64,000 nucleotides of DNA from Planktothrix sp. GU0601_MAG3 (GCA_035193785.1 CP136572.1:544001-608000), one strand, 5' to 3'; shown: positions 45,259 through 58,426, counted from the first letter of the stretch. Numbers and translations are program-made. The notes: generated from the letters alone by a model not told the origin.

Positions 45259-46855
45259 CTAATTACCAATTTTAGGCGCGGTCAGAGAAATTAATTTCCA
45301 TTGACTCGTTTTAACTTCTGGCTTTTGCGCCAAAGTTGGCACAGAATTGCGTATTAATGCCGTTAACTGTGTGGTTGTAGAATCATACATTTGGGTTAAT
45401 ATTTTCGGATATAACCCAATACCAATAATCGGCACTAATAAACAGGCAATGATGAACACTTCCCGGGGTTTCTGCATCTACCAGATTCTCCTGTTCCGCT
45501 AACTCTTTATTTTCCGGGCCGTAGAGAATTTCACGCAACATTGAGAGCAAATAAATCGGAGTTAAAATCACTCCAATGGCTGCTAATAAAATCACGATCA
45601 CCTTAAATGTCGAGTTATAGGCATCGCTAGTGGCAAACCCAATAAATACCATTAATTCTGCCACAAATCCACTCATCCCAGGTAAGGCTAGGGATGCCAT
45701 ACTACAGGCTGTCCACATGGCGAAGACCTTTTTCATCTTGACGCCAACGCCGCCCATTTCATCCAACATTAAGGTATGGGTGCGGTCGTAGGTACAGCCA
45801 ACTAAAAAGAACAAACTCGCCCCAATTAACCCGTGGGAAACCATTTGTAACATCGCCCCACTCATACCAATATCGGTGAAGGATGCCATCCCAATTAACA
45901 CAAACCCCATGTGGGAAATTGAGGAATAGGCAATTTTGCGTTTCAGGTTTCTTTGGGCAAAGGAGGTAAAGGCGGCATAGACAATATTAACCACCCCCAA
46001 AATTACTAAAATCGGAGCAAAGACCGCATGGGCATCGGGTAACATTCCGACGTTCATTCTTAGTAACGCATATCCCCCCATTTTTAACAGAATTCCTGCT
46101 AGTAACATATGGGCGGGAGCCGTGGCTTCTCCGTGGGCATCAGGGAGCCAAGTATGGAGGGGAAAAATGGGTAATTTCACCCCGTAAGCTATTAGGAAAC
46201 CGCCATATAATAGCAGTTGCAAATTCAGGGGATAATGTTTAGAAGCGATCGCCTGCATATCAAAGGTGACGGTATCTCCAAAGAATGCCATGGCTAAAGC
46301 ACCGACCAAAATAAATAGCGAACCTCCTGCTGTATAAAGAATAAATTTGGTAGCGGCATAGAGGCGTTTTTTTCCACCCCAAATTGATAGAATTAGGTAA
46401 ACTGGAACTAATTCCAATTCCCATACTAAAAAGAACAGCAACATATCCTGAACGGCAAATACGGCAATCTGTCCGCCGTACATTAATAACATCAGGAAAT
46501 AGAATAATTTGGGTTTTAGGGTGACCGGCCAAGCGGCTAAAGTCGCTAAAGTGGTGATAAATCCGGTCAAAATAATTAAGGGCATTGATAACCCATCCGC
46601 CCCTACAGACCAATTTAAGTCTATTTGGGGAACCCAAGTATATCTTTCTACCAGTTGTAACCCTGGGGTCTGGAAATCGTATCCCGTATTAAAGCCATAA
46701 ATGAGGATGGCAAAGTTAATTAGCCCCACAATTAAAGCGTACCATCTTACCGTTTTTCCATCTTTGTCAGGAATAATTGGAATCAGTAAGGCGGCGATAA
46801 TGGGAAATAAGATGGTAATGGTTAGCCAAGGAAAGTGTTCCATTATGTTAAGCAC
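45259..46855 (-). CDS. ndhD: NDH-1 subunit 4 (NdhD1-type); frameshift near 45470
   Basis: [62 protein letters not shown]. Confidence 0.95.
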
Positions 46856-46883
46856 TGAATGAAGGAATGAAAATTAAGCTATG

Positions 46884-47129
46884 GCAGGGAGTAGGGGGAG
46901 TAGGGGAGCAGGGGGAGTAGGGGAGCAGGGGGGGGCAGGGGGGCAGGGGGAGCAGGGGAGCAGGGGGAGCAGGGGAGAAGGGGAGAAGGGGGAGCAGGGG
47001 GGCAGGGGGGCAGGGGGGGCAGGGGAGCAGGGGGGGCAGGGGAGCAGGGGAGGTAAACTCTTTTTATTACCCATTACCCATTACCCATTACCCATTACCC
47101 ATTACCCATTACCCATTACCCATTCGTAA
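46884..47129. repeat. Composite tandem-repeat cassette, copy C
   Basis: G-rich array, GGTAAACTCTTTTTA, (TTACCCA)x8 at 47067-47122 and TTCGTAA; lies between ndhF and ndhD. Confidence 0.95.
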
Positions 47130-47136
47130 TTCCCTC

Positions 47137-49193
47137 TTACCCAGTAATTCCTGAGAAGACAACGAAGCCAAGAAACGGCCACAAATACAATCAGGGCGTA
47201 GAATTGGGCGCGACCATTTTCTAGGTATTTTAAGCCCTCTCCGGTGACTAGGGTGACTAACCCGGTGAGGTTAACGGCACCATCGACAACGCGATAATCA
47301 ACTTCCATCACTTGTCGCGCTAACCGACGACTCCCCCGAACAAATAGCACTTCGTTAATATCATCGAGATACCATTTGTTTTTGGAAAAATTGTAAAGGG
47401 CTGGATATTTGGCAGCGATCGCCACGGGGTCAATTTTACCCGCCAAATACATTAAATAGGCAACACTAATTCCTATTAAAGCAATACCAACGGAACTTCC
47501 AGCCATAATTAAAAATTCCGTTAATTCAAATTCAGCCAGATGTTCCTGAACCTGTTTCAAACTTTCCCCAGGGGCATGAATAAACCGTTCAAAAATATTA
47601 TTAAACGGAGTTCCTACCAACCCAATAAATACTGAAGGAACCGCTAATACCATTAACGGTAAAATCATGGTAATTGGGGATTCATGGGGATCGTGGCTAT
47701 GGCCATGATCGTCGCCGTGGGCTAACTCGTCCGGGTTCATCGCCCCGGGGCCAAAGGCAAATTGGGGGCCATTAGCTTCCGATAACAGATTTTGTTGAAT
47801 GGTGGTGTCATTCCCTCGGAATTTGCCTTCAAAGGTCATAAAATACATTCGGAACATATAGAAGGCAGTCATTCCGGCCGTTAACCAACCGACTAACCAT
47901 AATATCGGGTTAGCAGCAAAGGCATTACTGAGAATTTCATCCTTTGACCAGAAACCCGCAAAGGGCGGAATACCACAAATTGCTAAGGTTCCCACCAGGA
48001 AACAAGCGGAGGTGACGGGCATATATTTGCGTAACCCGCCCATCAGACGCATATCTTGGGCCAAAACGGGTTCATGGCCAACCACGCCTTCCATCCCGTG
48101 TATCACCGAACCGGAACACAGGAATAACATGGCTTTAAAATAGGCGTGGGTCATCAGGTGGAATAGTCCGGCACTGTAGGCTCCCACCCCCATGGCCATC
48201 ACCATGTAACCCAATTGGGAAATCGTCGAATAGGCTAACCCTTTTTTAATGTCATTTTGGGTTAAGGCGATCGTGGCCCCCAGGAAGGCGGTAAAGCATC
48301 CGGTAAAGGCAATAATATTCATCACGATCGGCAACCCTTCAAATACGGGGTACATCCGGGCGACTAAGAACACTCCGGCGGCCACCATCGTGGCGGCGTG
48401 AATTAGGGCAGAAATGGGCGTAGGGCCTTCCATGGCGTCGGGAAGCCAAACGTGCAGGGGAAATTGAGCCGACTTAGCAACGGGGCCAAGGAAAATTAAT
48501 ACCCCTAAGAGGGTGGCTAAGGCGACACTGAGGGAACCCATTTCTACAGACTGTTCCAGCCGTTCTCCCATTAATTCAAAATCAAAGGTATTGGTGGCCC
48601 AATAGATGCCTAATATTCCCAAAAGTAAACCGAAGTCCCCAACTCGGTTGGTGACAAAGGCCTTCTGGCAAGCATCGGCGGCGGGTTTGCGGTCATACCA
48701 GAACCCAATTAACAGGTAGGAACACATCCCCACCAGTTTCCCAGAAAATATAAACCTGAATCAAGTTCGGGCAAATTACTAGCCCCAACATTGAAGAACT
48801 AAATAAACTCAGATAGGCATAAAAGCGTACATATCCGGGATCGTGGGCCATGTAACCATCGGTGTAAATCATCACGAGGAAAGCCACCGTGGTCACAATA
48901 GCCAGCATCACCGCGGCTAAATGGTCAATGGTATAACCCATTGTTAGTCTGAAGTCCCCGGCCGCTGCCCAATCAATAATTTTGCTGTAAGGGGCATGAC
49001 CGTTGAGTTGACTCCAAAGCAGGGCAAAGGATAAGACCATTGACGCCCCCAACAGGGAGACGAGAAAGGTTGAACAAACCTGTCTCAAATTGTTAGTGGC
49101 GGTGTTGAAAGAAATTAGCCCGACCCCAACCAGGGTTGCACCTAATAGGGGCAACACGGGAATTAACCAGGCGTATTGATAGAGAGGTTCCAT
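47137..49193 (-). CDS. ndhF: NDH-1 subunit 5 (NdhF1-type); frameshifts near 48737 and 47173
   Basis: MEPLYQYAWLIP, YMAHDPGYVRFYAY, KSAQFPLHVWLPDAMEGPTPISALIHAATM, FWSKDEIL, ENGRAQFYAL. Confidence 0.95.
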
Positions 49194-49593
49194 AACTATG
49201 TCAACTTTATAGTTCTTAATGAACTTGCCAAAACTGTTGATAATTTTGACATAGAGTATGAACCTTATGGGTAAAAATTCCTGAAATCTTTCTTAGGAAG
49301 TCACCGAAACCATAGGTTTAGGACTACCTTCGGGGGATTGTACCACACACAAATCCCCGTGGTTCTGGGCTTGTAGCCGATTTCAATTTCTTTGTATGTT
49401 TATCTGCTCCATCACGAATTAACTGGACGAGATGACATTTGATCAACCCTGACTACTGCTTGAAACAATTCCTTTAGCAAATTGTTAAATATTATTTAAA
49501 AACCCCGCGAATTATCTCGAAAAAAATATTCCCAAGCTAGAGCCTGGGAATCAAAAAACGGGACAGTATTAATTAATTACGGTAAAAAGCCCA

Positions 49594-49974
49594 TCAAACT
49601 TCTAAAGGTAAAACTTCTTGGGTTTGACGGGTGGGTTGTAAACTCGGATAATTGACCATAAAACTATCAAGGCGACGGCGTAAATCTTCTCGACCTTGAA
49701 AATGTTCGAGCCGATATAAAACCTGACCTCGATCAAAAATAATTAATGTTGGTAAAGTTTGGAGGCGATAGGTACTCGCTAACTTTAAACTTTGATCCGC
49801 ATTCACACCCACTAGCTTGATTGTGCCTCGCCAGTCCTCCTGGAATTGACGCAGTTGAGGCATAATTAGCTTACACAGTCCACACCAAGGTGCCCAAAAA
49901 TGCACTAAAACCGGAGAAGAAGATTCCAGAACTTCTTGAGTAAACATCTGCTCATTGACCGACAATAGCATCAT
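49594..49974 (-). CDS. trxC: Thioredoxin, c-type (WCGLC)
   Basis: HFWAPWCGLC active site, characteristic of cyanobacterial TrxC. Confidence 0.8.
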   Translation of the reverse strand: MMLLSVNEQMFTQEVLESSSPVLVHFWAPWCGLCKLIMPQLRQFQEDWRGTIKLVGVNADQSLKLASTYRLQTLPTLIIFDRGQVLYRLEHFQGREDLRRRLDSFMVNYPSLQPTRQTQEVLPLEV

Positions 49975-50019
49975 CTCTCAAATTTTATTAATCCGTGTTT
50001 TTATATCCTTGGGATCATG

Positions 50020-50754
50020 CTACCAGTCTATGTTACCTGTTGCACTAATTAATAGGGGATGAATTTGCCAGAGTAACAGGATAAAAATACCGACTCCTAA
50101 ATAAGCCCATCGGAAAAACTCTTTCAATTCAAGGGTTTGGCGACCTTGGGCGATCGCTAAAAATGGCAGCACTGAGGTGCGAGATCTCATGGTTTCAAAG
50201 GATTTGCCATAACGGGCTAATAAACGGCGATCGCCATGCCATACAGCAAATAAGTGATGCAAGATCAACCCCAGGGAGGTTAACAGGGTGAAACTCGTCC
50301 CCAACCAGAGGGTATGACCCACACACCAAATCACTTGACCCACCATTTGCGGATGTCTGGTAATGCGGATAATTCCGGTTTCATACAGATGGACTTCCGG
50401 TTTCTGAATAGCCGCAATTTCTAACAAATTAAAAGTGGCTGGATAGAGAAAAACAAATGAAATGGCGGATAAGATCCAAACAATGGGTTTAACAACAACC
50501 ACATCCTGCACCATCCAAAGTTGTAATCCATCGTAACGATGATTAAAAAAATAGATAATCAGAATGGTGGCTGACGGGATGCTTACCAAAGCAAATAAAA
50601 TTCTATAGGCCCTAGCCCCAATTTTCGCTTCTCCCCAGGGTCGCAAGGCTGCTAAACCACTATGGGCGATCGCAAACCCCAAAAGTAAACCCAAGATGAC
50701 AAAATGGCTAGATGTTAGCCAATGCTCAAACATTTTGATCTTTTCTCCAATCAT
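50020..50754 (-). CDS. NnrU-family membrane protein (zeta-carotene isomerase Z-ISO-like)
   Basis: FAIAHSGLAALR, HRYDG, LYPATFNLLEIAA, GIIRITRHPQ, WHGDRRL. Confidence 0.85.
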   Translation of the reverse strand: MIGEKIKMFEHWLTSSHFVILGLLLGFAIAHSGLAALRPWGEAKIGARAYRILFALVSIPSATILIIYFFNHRYDGLQLWMVQDVVVVKPIVWILSAISFVFLYPATFNLLEIAAIQKPEVHLYETGIIRITRHPQMVGQVIWCVGHTLWLGTSFTLLTSLGLILHHLFAVWHGDRRLLARYGKSFETMRSRTSVLPFLAIAQGRQTLELKEFFRWAYLGVGIFILLLWQIHPLLISATGNIDW

Positions 50755-50802
50755 AAAGTTAATTTTAATTAGCCTTCATCGTTGCAGTATGCTGAAAGAA
50801 CT

Positions 50803-50930
50803 AATCACGGATTAAAACGGATTAACGCGAATTGACGCGGATTACATTCCCTACTTCGCTCAATATTTATCTGATCCGAAGCAAGGAACGGAATCTGTGG
50901 AATCCTCTCAATCCGTGTTAATCCGTGATT
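50803..50930. repeat. 128-bp element with 21-bp inverted ends upstream of the first LysR gene
   Basis: AATCACGGATTAAAACGGATT ... AATCCGTGTTAATCCGTGATT (20/21 complementary), built from 9-mer subrepeats. Confidence 0.75.
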
Positions 50931-50952
50931 GATTTTACCGAGGTTGAGGAAT

Positions 50953-51942
50953 ATGTCTGACCTTCCATTTACTTTAGATCAGTTACGCATTCTGAAAGCG
51001 ATCGCGGCTGAGGGTAGCTTCAAACGCGCTGCTGATAGTCTTTATGTCTCCCAACCTGCCGTTAGTCTTCAGGTGCAAAACCTAGAAAGACAGTTGAATG
51101 TGCCACTGTTTGACCGAGGGGGACGTCGCGCCCAACTCACCGAAGCGGGTCATCTGCTCCTGAGTTATGGTGAAAAAATTCTCTCCCTATGTCAAGAAAC
51201 CTGTCGCGCCATTGAGGATTTACAAAATTTGCGCGGGGGAACTTTAATTATTGGCGCGTCTCAAACCACCGGAACCTATATGTTACCCCGGATGATTGGG
51301 TTATTTCGAGAAAAATATCCCGATGTTTCGGTACAGTTACACGTTCATTCCACCCGGCGCACCGCTTGGAGTGTGGTGAATGGACAAATTGACCTAGCCA
51401 TTGTCGGGGGGGAAATTGCCCCGGAGTTGACGTCCGCTTTAGAAATTGTTCCCTATGCGGAGGATGAACTGGCGTTAATTGTTCCCACATCCCATGAATT
51501 TTCCCAGCGAGAAACCATTCGCAAAGAGGATTTATACTCATTAAAATTTATTAGTTTGGATGCTCAATCAACCATTCGGAAAGTCATTGATCAAGTTTTA
51601 ACCCGTTGTGGAATTGATACCACCCATCTGCAATTAGAAATGGAACTCAGTTCGATTGAAGCGATTAAAAATGCAGTTCAATCGGGGTTGGGAGTCGCCT
51701 TTGTTTCCACCTCAGCGATTGAAAAAGAGTTGCAAATGGGGGTACTGCAAAGGGTTAAAATTGATCAGGTGATTGTCAAACGGACATTATCGGTGATTTA
51801 TAATCCGAATCGCTATCGATCCAAGGCAGCCGAGGCATTTACAAATGAAATTTTACCCAAGTTTGCCAGCCCCGATTTTAACAAACATAGTATTGATGTT
51901 CAATACCCAACTGAATACACGGCTTTACCTTTATCAGATTGA
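50953..51942 (+). CDS. ycf30: LysR-type regulator, Ycf30/RbcR family, copy 1
   Basis: [62 protein letters not shown]. Confidence 0.9.
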   Translation: MSDLPFTLDQLRILKAIAAEGSFKRAADSLYVSQPAVSLQVQNLERQLNVPLFDRGGRRAQLTEAGHLLLSYGEKILSLCQETCRAIEDLQNLRGGTLIIGASQTTGTYMLPRMIGLFREKYPDVSVQLHVHSTRRTAWSVVNGQIDLAIVGGEIAPELTSALEIVPYAEDELALIVPTSHEFSQRETIRKEDLYSLKFISLDAQSTIRKVIDQVLTRCGIDTTHLQLEMELSSIEAIKNAVQSGLGVAFVSTSAIEKELQMGVLQRVKIDQVIVKRTLSVIYNPNRYRSKAAEAFTNEILPKFASPDFNKHSIDVQYPTEYTALPLSD

Positions 51943-52039
51943 TTTCACTAAGTTTTTTTACCATTGAGGTTAAAATTATCTAAAATAATCTGACTGATTT
52001 TCGATTCTATTTTTACTCAATTCTTTACCCACTCTCACA

Positions 52040-53075
52040 ATGACAGATGTTCCTTTTACCTTAGATCAATTACGCATTCTCAAAGCGATCGCAACTGAGG
52101 GAAGTTTTAAGCGGGCGGCGGATAGTTTATATGTTTCCCAGCCCGCTATTAGTTTACAAGTCCAAAATTTAGAACGACAGTTAAGTGTTCCTTTATTTGA
52201 TCGAGGAGGACGCAGAGCTAAATTAACAGAAGCCGGACATCTGTTATTAAATTATGGCGAAAAAATCTTGAGTTTATGTCAGGAAACCTGCCGCGCCATT
52301 GAGGATTTACAAAATCTGCAAGGGGGAACCTTAATTGTCGGTGCTTCCCAAACTACCGGAAACCTATTTACTCCCTCGGATGATTGGTTTATTTCGAGAA
52401 AAATATCCCGATGTGGCGGTGCAACTGCACGTTCATTCGACTCGACGCACCGCTTGGAGTGTGGCAAATGGACAAATTGATTTAGCTATTGTTGGGGGGG
52501 AAGTACCACCGGAATTGCAAGATGCTTTGACGATTCAACCCTATATTGAAGATGAATTAGCCTTAATCATTTCCCCTTCCCATCCCTTTGCCAAATTAGA
52601 CAAAATTCAAAAAGAAGACTTGTATCAACTTGACTTTATTTCTTTAGATTATCAGTCTACAATTCGTAAAGTTATTGATCAAGTTTTAACCCGAGCAGAG
52701 ATCGATCCTCGCTGTTTGAAAGTTGAAATGGAGTTAAATTCCATTGAAGCAATTAAAAATACGGTACAAGCCGGATTAGGGGCTGCTTTTGTTTCGACTT
52801 CAGCCATTGAAAAAGAATTAGAAATGAAGGTTTTACATCGGATGGTGATTGAAGATGTTGTGGTGAAACGAATGCTTTCAGTCATTGTTAACCATAATCG
52901 CTATCAGTCCAAGGCATCTGAGGCTTTTAGTCGAGATATTTTACCCTTATTTACATCCCAAAATTGGACATTAAACACCCATAGTTTTTCCCAAAATTCT
53001 TCTAAAAAACCGATTAATATTGAGACGTTTATTTCTCCTACAGATTTTGAAGATACTCAAAACTTAGAACCTTAA
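52040..53075 (+). CDS. ycf30: LysR-type regulator, Ycf30/RbcR family, copy 2; frameshift near 52360
   Basis: [40 protein letters not shown], continuing in ORF 52335-53075. Confidence 0.85.
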
Positions 53076-53183
53076 ACCCAGAAAAATAAAGTAGGTGATA
53101 ACTTGATATTCTGTTAATTTTCTTAATCCTAAACCTTCAAAACTATGAAACTAAAATTTTAATATTTTATTGGCAGCAACACT

Positions 53184-54593
53184 ATGAAAATTTACTGTAC
53201 CCGTCCAGGTTGTTTAGGGGCTGATCGCAATAATTTTACCGATTTAGAGGATCAAATGACCCTCAAAACCGTACAGCAAAAATTTTGTACCACCTGCGGA
53301 ATGCCTTTGATTTTAGATGGTCGTTATCTACCGGAAAGATTATTAGGACAAGGGGGATTTGGCACAGCCTATTTAGCGAAAGATCGCCGTTCTCCTACTA
53401 TGAAATATTGTGTAGTTAAACAATTTAAACCTCCATCGGATTTAAACTCACAACAGTTAGCAACGGCTCAGGTTTTATTTGAAAGAGAAGCTCATGTTTT
53501 AGAACAATTAGGTAATAAACATCCCCAAATTCCTGATTTATTTGCCTATTTTCCTTTAGAAGCACCCGGATGGCGAACAGCAAAACCAGAATGTTTTTTT
53601 TATATTGTTCAAGAGTATATTAGTGGAGAAAATTTAGAAGCAGAACTAAATTCAAAAGGACAATTTTCAGAAACGGAAGTCCGAGAAGTCCTACAGGAAA
53701 TTCTCAAAATTTTAGAATTTGTTCATGATCATGATGTGATTCACCGCGATATTAAACCTTCTAATATTATGCGCGATCGCCAAGGAGTTTTACATTTATT
53801 AGATTTTGGTGCGGTTAAACAAGTCACCCAAAGTCCAGCCGGAACATCCACCGGAATTTATTCTTTAGGGTTTGCACCTTCTGAACAAATGCGAGGTTAT
53901 ACGGTGTTTCCTTCCACGGATTTATATGCGTTGGCGGTGACTTGTATTGTCTTATTAACAGCAAAAGAACCTCAAGAGTTATTTGATAGTTATAGTAATC
54001 AATGGAACTGGAAACAATTTGTTAGGGTTTCCGATGAATTAGCTAATATTTTAGATAAAATGTTATTACCCACACCTAGCGATCGTTTTGGTTCTGCTAC
54101 TCAAGTTTTAACCGCCTTAAACCCTCCCCAACCTCCTCCAATTCCCCAGCCTCCTCCAATTCCCCAACCTCCTCCAATCCCTTCCCCCGCGCTTTCTCCT
54201 CTAGTAAACCCAGTTCAACCTCTGATAATAACTCGTTCTTTTTCCACCTTGGAATTGTTATCTAATGCAGCGTTTATTGGGTTTGAAATTGGGGTTTTCG
54301 CCAGCTTAGGATTTGCTGTATTTAATGTGTTTAAGTTCAACCCTATTATTTTATTAATTATCGGTTTATTCGGGGTCACGGGATTAATATTTGCCCTATA
54401 TCACCGTTGGATAGAAGTCGGGTTAGATTTTATGATTATTCCCTTAATTTCCATAGGAGTTTTATATTTTATCCTATTAAAATTAAACTTTTATATCATA
54501 TTAACTACAGTTCCTTTAATTATGGCTATATTTAGCGTAGCTGTAACTACTTTATTCCGCTTAATTTATCTGATGCTCAAACGAGTTTTGTAA
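53184..54593 (+). CDS. Hanks-type Ser/Thr kinase with N-terminal Cys4 motif and multipass C-terminal membrane domain
   Basis: YCTRPGC...FCTTCG, LGQGGFG, VVK, HRDIKPSN, DFG, a Pro-rich linker, then about 4 hydrophobic helices. Confidence 0.93.
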   Translation: MKIYCTRPGCLGADRNNFTDLEDQMTLKTVQQKFCTTCGMPLILDGRYLPERLLGQGGFGTAYLAKDRRSPTMKYCVVKQFKPPSDLNSQQLATAQVLFEREAHVLEQLGNKHPQIPDLFAYFPLEAPGWRTAKPECFFYIVQEYISGENLEAELNSKGQFSETEVREVLQEILKILEFVHDHDVIHRDIKPSNIMRDRQGVLHLLDFGAVKQVTQSPAGTSTGIYSLGFAPSEQMRGYTVFPSTDLYALAVTCIVLLTAKEPQELFDSYSNQWNWKQFVRVSDELANILDKMLLPTPSDRFGSATQVLTALNPPQPPPIPQPPPIPQPPPIPSPALSPLVNPVQPLIITRSFSTLELLSNAAFIGFEIGVFASLGFAVFNVFKFNPIILLIIGLFGVTGLIFALYHRWIEVGLDFMIIPLISIGVLYFILLKLNFYIILTTVPLIMAIFSVAVTTLFRLIYLMLKRVL

Positions 54594-54685
54594 CTAATAT
54601 GAAATTCAATCTTGTAGAGAAGTTGCAAGCAACATCTCTACAAAAGTGCTAAAATTCTCCCTAATATCCAAAATACTTGAGATTT

Positions 54686-55769
54686 ATGGCTCAAAAAAAT
54701 GACACTACAACTTTAATCCTAGCCTTACTGATTACCGGAGGATTAATTAGTGGCGGAATTTGGTGGTTTACTCGCAATATGAATTTGTCAACAGTCTTCA
54801 ATTCTAATCCCTCTCCCTCTAGTTCAATTCCACCTAAACCCGCCCCAATTCCACCTACCTCTATTCCTCAAACCTCTACAAAAGATTTTAAAACCTTTGC
54901 TGAAGTTCCTAATATTCCTAATGGACTTTTTACCTATGGCGGAAGTACCACATTTGCACCTATTCGTAAATTTATTAATCCCGAAATTGAAAATATTTTT
55001 CCCCAATTTCAATTACGATATTTTCAAAATCCTAGTCAATCCCCAGGTTCAGGAAGTGGGATTAAAATGTTAATTGATAATCAAATTACCTTTGCTGAAT
55101 CTTCCCGACCTTTGCAAGAATCAGAATATCAACAAGCCAGACAAAGGGGGGTAAATTTAATCGAGGTTTCCGATTGCTCTTGATGGGATTGTAGTGGCGG
55201 TTAATCCTAACTTGAATATTTCGGGGTTAACTATCAATCAATTAAAACAAATTTATACAGGTAAAATCAATAATTGGAATCAACTTGGAGGCGAAAATAT
55301 TCCTATTGTTCCCTATTCTCGGACGAAAGAATCTGGAGGAACAACGGAATTTTTTATTATGAATGTATTAAGAGGTGAGAGCTTTGGAGAAGCGGTAAAA
55401 TTTATTCCCACGACGACAGAAGCCATAAGAGCGATCTCTAATAACCCCGGGGGAATATATTATGCTTCCGCCCCGGAAGTGGTCGAACAATGTACGATTA
55501 AACCCCTGGCTATTGGTATAACATCTGATGCTTTAATTCAACCCTATAAAAATCCCTTAATTCCCCCGGAAAATTGTCCTCAACAACGGAATCAAATTGA
55601 TCCTATTGTATTTAAAAATGGAGAATATCCTCTGACCCGACGTTTATTTATTATTGTTAAACAAAATAATCAAACTGAACAACAGGCGGGAGACGCCTAC
55701 ACTCAACTTTTATTAACTTCTCAAGGTCAAGATTTAATTGAAAAACTGGGATTTATTAGAATCCGTTAA
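54686..55769 (+). CDS. PstS-family (PBP) substrate-binding protein, membrane anchored; frameshift near 55170
   Basis: YGGSTTFAP, PGSGSGI, SSRPL, IYTGKINNW, SRTKESGGT, YPLTRRLF. Confidence 0.88.
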
Positions 55770-55863
55770 GTTTTCTCGGCTGGGTATGTTTCTGTCTGTT
55801 AACCTAGGGGTTAATCTCCCAAAAAAATGTTATAATGAAAGCCAAGCATCAATTGATAATCCG

Positions 55864-57289
55864 ATGTCTCAAAAAAATGAATCTCTAATCTTATTTTTAG
55901 CACTCTTGATTACAGGAGGCTTATTGGGGGCGGGTTATTTTTTATTTTTCGGATTTTCTCCCAAACCCTTATTGAATACGAATAACCCCTCTGGAAACTT
56001 TACCCCCAACGTCCTCATCTAATATTGCGGTTGGGTCTATTGAAACTCGAATAAGTCAAGGGGAAAAGGTTTTAATTGCTTCGGGAGATTTAGCTCTCAA
56101 ACAGGCGGGAGTTGCTGCTTTGGCGTCTCGTCAATATCAGAATGCTGTTCAAGAATTTAACGCCGCATTACAACAAAATAAAAATGATCCTGAAGCCTTA
56201 GTTTATCGGAATAATGCTCAAATTCTGCAAAATAATCAACCTTTTTATACTATAGCTGTCTCAATTCCAATTGGAACTTCCGTTAATACCGCCCAGGAGA
56301 TTTTAAGGGGAGTTGCTCAAGCTCAAACAGAAGTTAATCAAGGGGGAGGAATTGGAGGAAAATCATTAAATGTGATCATTGTCAATGATGATAATAGTCC
56401 TGAAGTGGCTCAAGAAGTTGCTAAAAAATTAGTAAATAATTCAGAAGTTTTAGGAGTAGTTGGTCATTTTGGGAGTAACACCACCGAAGCCGCAGCACCG
56501 ATTTATGAAGCCGGAAAATTAGTCTTAATTTCTCCTACGAGTACATCAACAAATATTTCTAATGCGGGAGAATATATTTTTAGAACTGTTCCTAGCGATC
56601 GCTTTGCGGGAAGTGCATTATCTCGATATTTACTGAATAAGTTAAACTTAAAAAAAGCGGTTATATTCTTTAATAGTACCAATCAATATAGTACCTCCTT
56701 ACAAACAGAATTTACCACCGCTTTAAGTGGAGATGGGGGGGAAGTTGTCAGCGTTTTTGATATTGCAAAACCTGATTTCAACCCAGTTAAAGCCTTACAA
56801 CAAGCTCGCCAACAGGGAGCAGAAGCGATTGTATTAACTCCCGATTCTTCTACTATTGAACAGGCGTTACAAGTGGTGAGAATCAATCGCAGACAGTTAC
56901 CTTTATTGGGGGGAGATAGTGTATATCGACCGGAAACCTTGAAGGTGGGAAGCGATGCTGTGGGGATGGTAATTGCGATTCCTTGGCATATTTTAGCCGA
57001 TCCTAATTCGGCTTTTGCTCAAACAGCAAATCAACTCTGGGGGGCGAGTGTTAACTGGCGCACCGCCACAGCCTATGATGCTACAAAAGCTTTGGTTGCT
57101 GCTATTGCTAAAAATCCTACCCGGACAGGAGTTCAACAAGCACTTTCCGCCCCGGATTTTACTCCCCAAGGAGCAACGGGTGTAATTAGATTTTTACCCT
57201 CGGGCGATCGCAATCAACCCGTACAATTAGTCACAATTGAACCGGGAAATCGTTCAGGATTAGGTTATGATTTTGTTCCTGTTCCTTAA
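55864..57289 (+). CDS. Branched-chain amino acid type (LivJ-like) substrate-binding protein; frameshift near 56005
   Basis: LRGVAQAQ, NDDNSPE, GVVGHFGS, ISPTSTS, FRTVPSD, WRTATAYDA, GATGVIRF..GDR. Confidence 0.88.
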
Positions 57290-57459
57290 TTTTATCTCTT
57301 TTCTTTGTGTCTTTGTGGTTATTGCTGAAAAATAATAGCTACCATCCTCTGACCAGAAATCAAAGAATGATAGCGAAGAATTCGACAACTAATAATGGGT
57401 TGGAAAAATTTTAATGTTCAATTACATTAATCAAATTACCAACAATTAAAAGTGTTTGA

Positions 57460-58426
<967 letters not shown>

